Source: Chiloscyllium plagiosum (lineage: Eukaryota). Taken from it: a stretch of 64,000 nucleotides of DNA. The notes beneath the pieces were generated by a model, which was not told the DNA's origin, made no database searches, and worked only from the letters and a program-made list of their open reading frames with translations. Numbering within the stretch: the first letter of the stretch is position 1; each line of letters starts with the position of its first letter. The translations under genes and the position numbers were made by a program. The stretch spans positions 18,392,488 through 18,456,487 of the forward strand of contig NC_057749.1 in assembly GCF_004010195.1 (NCBI RefSeq), written 5' to 3'. Below, one piece after another: positions 62,349-64,000 of this stretch.

Positions 62349-64000
62349 TTTGTGTTACACTTGTCTGCTGCGTATATTGGATTGCAAAACACCTTTCCTA
62401 TCAGCTTCTGGGGTGGCCAATATCCTTGTGTCGCAAGAAAAAAGGACCACAAGTCATACCAAGGAACCATGTTAATCACGACTGTGCAGAGCTCAATATT
62501 GCAGTCTTAATGTTTGGAAAATTTCATGTGAATTATGAACACTGTGAAAATTATCTGCACATTTTCAAAACTGGAACCATAGTGTAACCAATTGCAGCTT
62601 TATTAAACAGAGCAAGCATAGCCTGCCTGTGAGAGCATATTCTGCCCCATCACACATTGCATTCTAACTGTGTTGTTGGTGAATTCAAAATTCAGCCTGG
62701 CTCTGTAAATGCTTTCAAGTTGAATATTTGATTATTAAACTGAGAGATTTAGACACCATTTATAACAATAATGTAACTGGTTGCAACAATCCAAACACAT
62801 TACTGCAGACACTAGAAATTTGAAGTGAAAACAGCAGTAGACATATCAGGTCAGTGATCTTTAATCATCGTGGATTATAAATAATCTTAATACACAAAGT
62901 AGCTGAGTATAACATCAGTATGTGTTGGATCCGTTTATCTCAGCTTGGTAGCTTCAGGGAAGAATGATGATCCTTACAGATCATCGGAGAGGGATTGTTG
63001 ACCAGTGTTCCTACTCCTAATTGTCATAGAACAGCCCTTGTACATGCATGCAGATACCACGTGTATTTGGGGACAGCCTTGCCTTTGAGCCAGCGTCGTT
63101 CATGCATGGACAAGGGCTGCTGTGTCAGGGTCCACGGAAAAGGATGCAAGCAGGATGTTGGCAAAGTGACACTGCTTACAGAACGAAACAAGGTGAGAAA
63201 CCGCTGGCATTCAATTCTATGCTGAATTGGGTGTGTATTGCAAAACAGTAGGAGGGAGTACTATGAAACAGCAAATTTCAATATTTTATCAGTGAAGAAC
63301 AATTTTGGTTGGGTATTTCCTTGATTGTGTTTATGTTGAAATGAGCAGTTTCTGAGCCAGTCTTGCTCATAGTAACTTGTGCCTAACTTTCTGTTGGAAC
63401 TCATTTAACTTCACCAGAACACGAGGGACCATTGAATGAGCACAATATTCTCAATTGATGTGGCAGTGAGAGGGTTGCTTTGTGCAGCCATGGCACCTCA
63501 CTCTGTGCCACTTTGTTGCCGTAAGTCCCCTCCTGTTATTATTTAGAACAGGGATTTATTTTCCAACTGCTTCATGGGTTGTTGGAGTGAGGAGGTGAAG
63601 TGTGCAAAATTCAATTTCCAGTGCACTGAAACCTACAGCACAGCACCTTTAAATTATCATCAGCTATCCCTTGATTCATATTGTGGAGCTTCATGTGACT
63701 GAACAGGACAATTGCCAATCCACAGCCCTTTAACTATTTGGAGAAATAAGTCCTGGCAGAGTAGGGAATCTGGAGTGCAGGACTTGTTTCATTTCCTTTT
63801 CTGTTGCTTTGCCTCATCGTTAAGGCAGTGTGATGGAGCCTGATGAATAAGTTGTCGCTATCTTGATTAAGTGGTAGCAGGTTCCTCTAGTCATCACCTT
63901 CAGTGCTGCCACTCTTCGAGGATAGCTTCAGATGGTCTTTGTAGCATTTTCTTTGACATCCCCTGGAATACTGGTCACTTGAAAAGTTAAAAAAATTGGG

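Overview
Eukaryotic, repeat-rich intronic DNA from a cartilaginous fish, most likely a shark (inferred from HE1-type V-SINEs, HER1/CR1 LINEs and Deu-domain SINEs). The only host coding sequence I can support is one 226-nt internal exon on the + strand (28190-28415) of a ZNF609-like gene. No neighbouring exon is visible, so the window is about 28 kb of upstream intron plus more than 35 kb of downstream intron. The rest is layered retroelement debris: CR1 (ORF1 esterase, endonuclease, RT), L2, Rex1/Babar, Penelope-like (GIY-YIG) elements, SINEs and one or two solo LTRs, plus two minisatellites and two assembly gaps. The most notable signal is about a dozen minimal hammerhead-ribozyme motifs carried by Penelope-type termini, with compensatory changes in stem II. 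Three of them sit in ~200-bp palindromic mini-elements that fold back at the same point of the ribozyme, and one 1.46-kb foldback Penelope insertion has a perfect 15-bp target-site duplication. All family names come from motif recognition, not database searches, and boundaries of old repeats are approximate.
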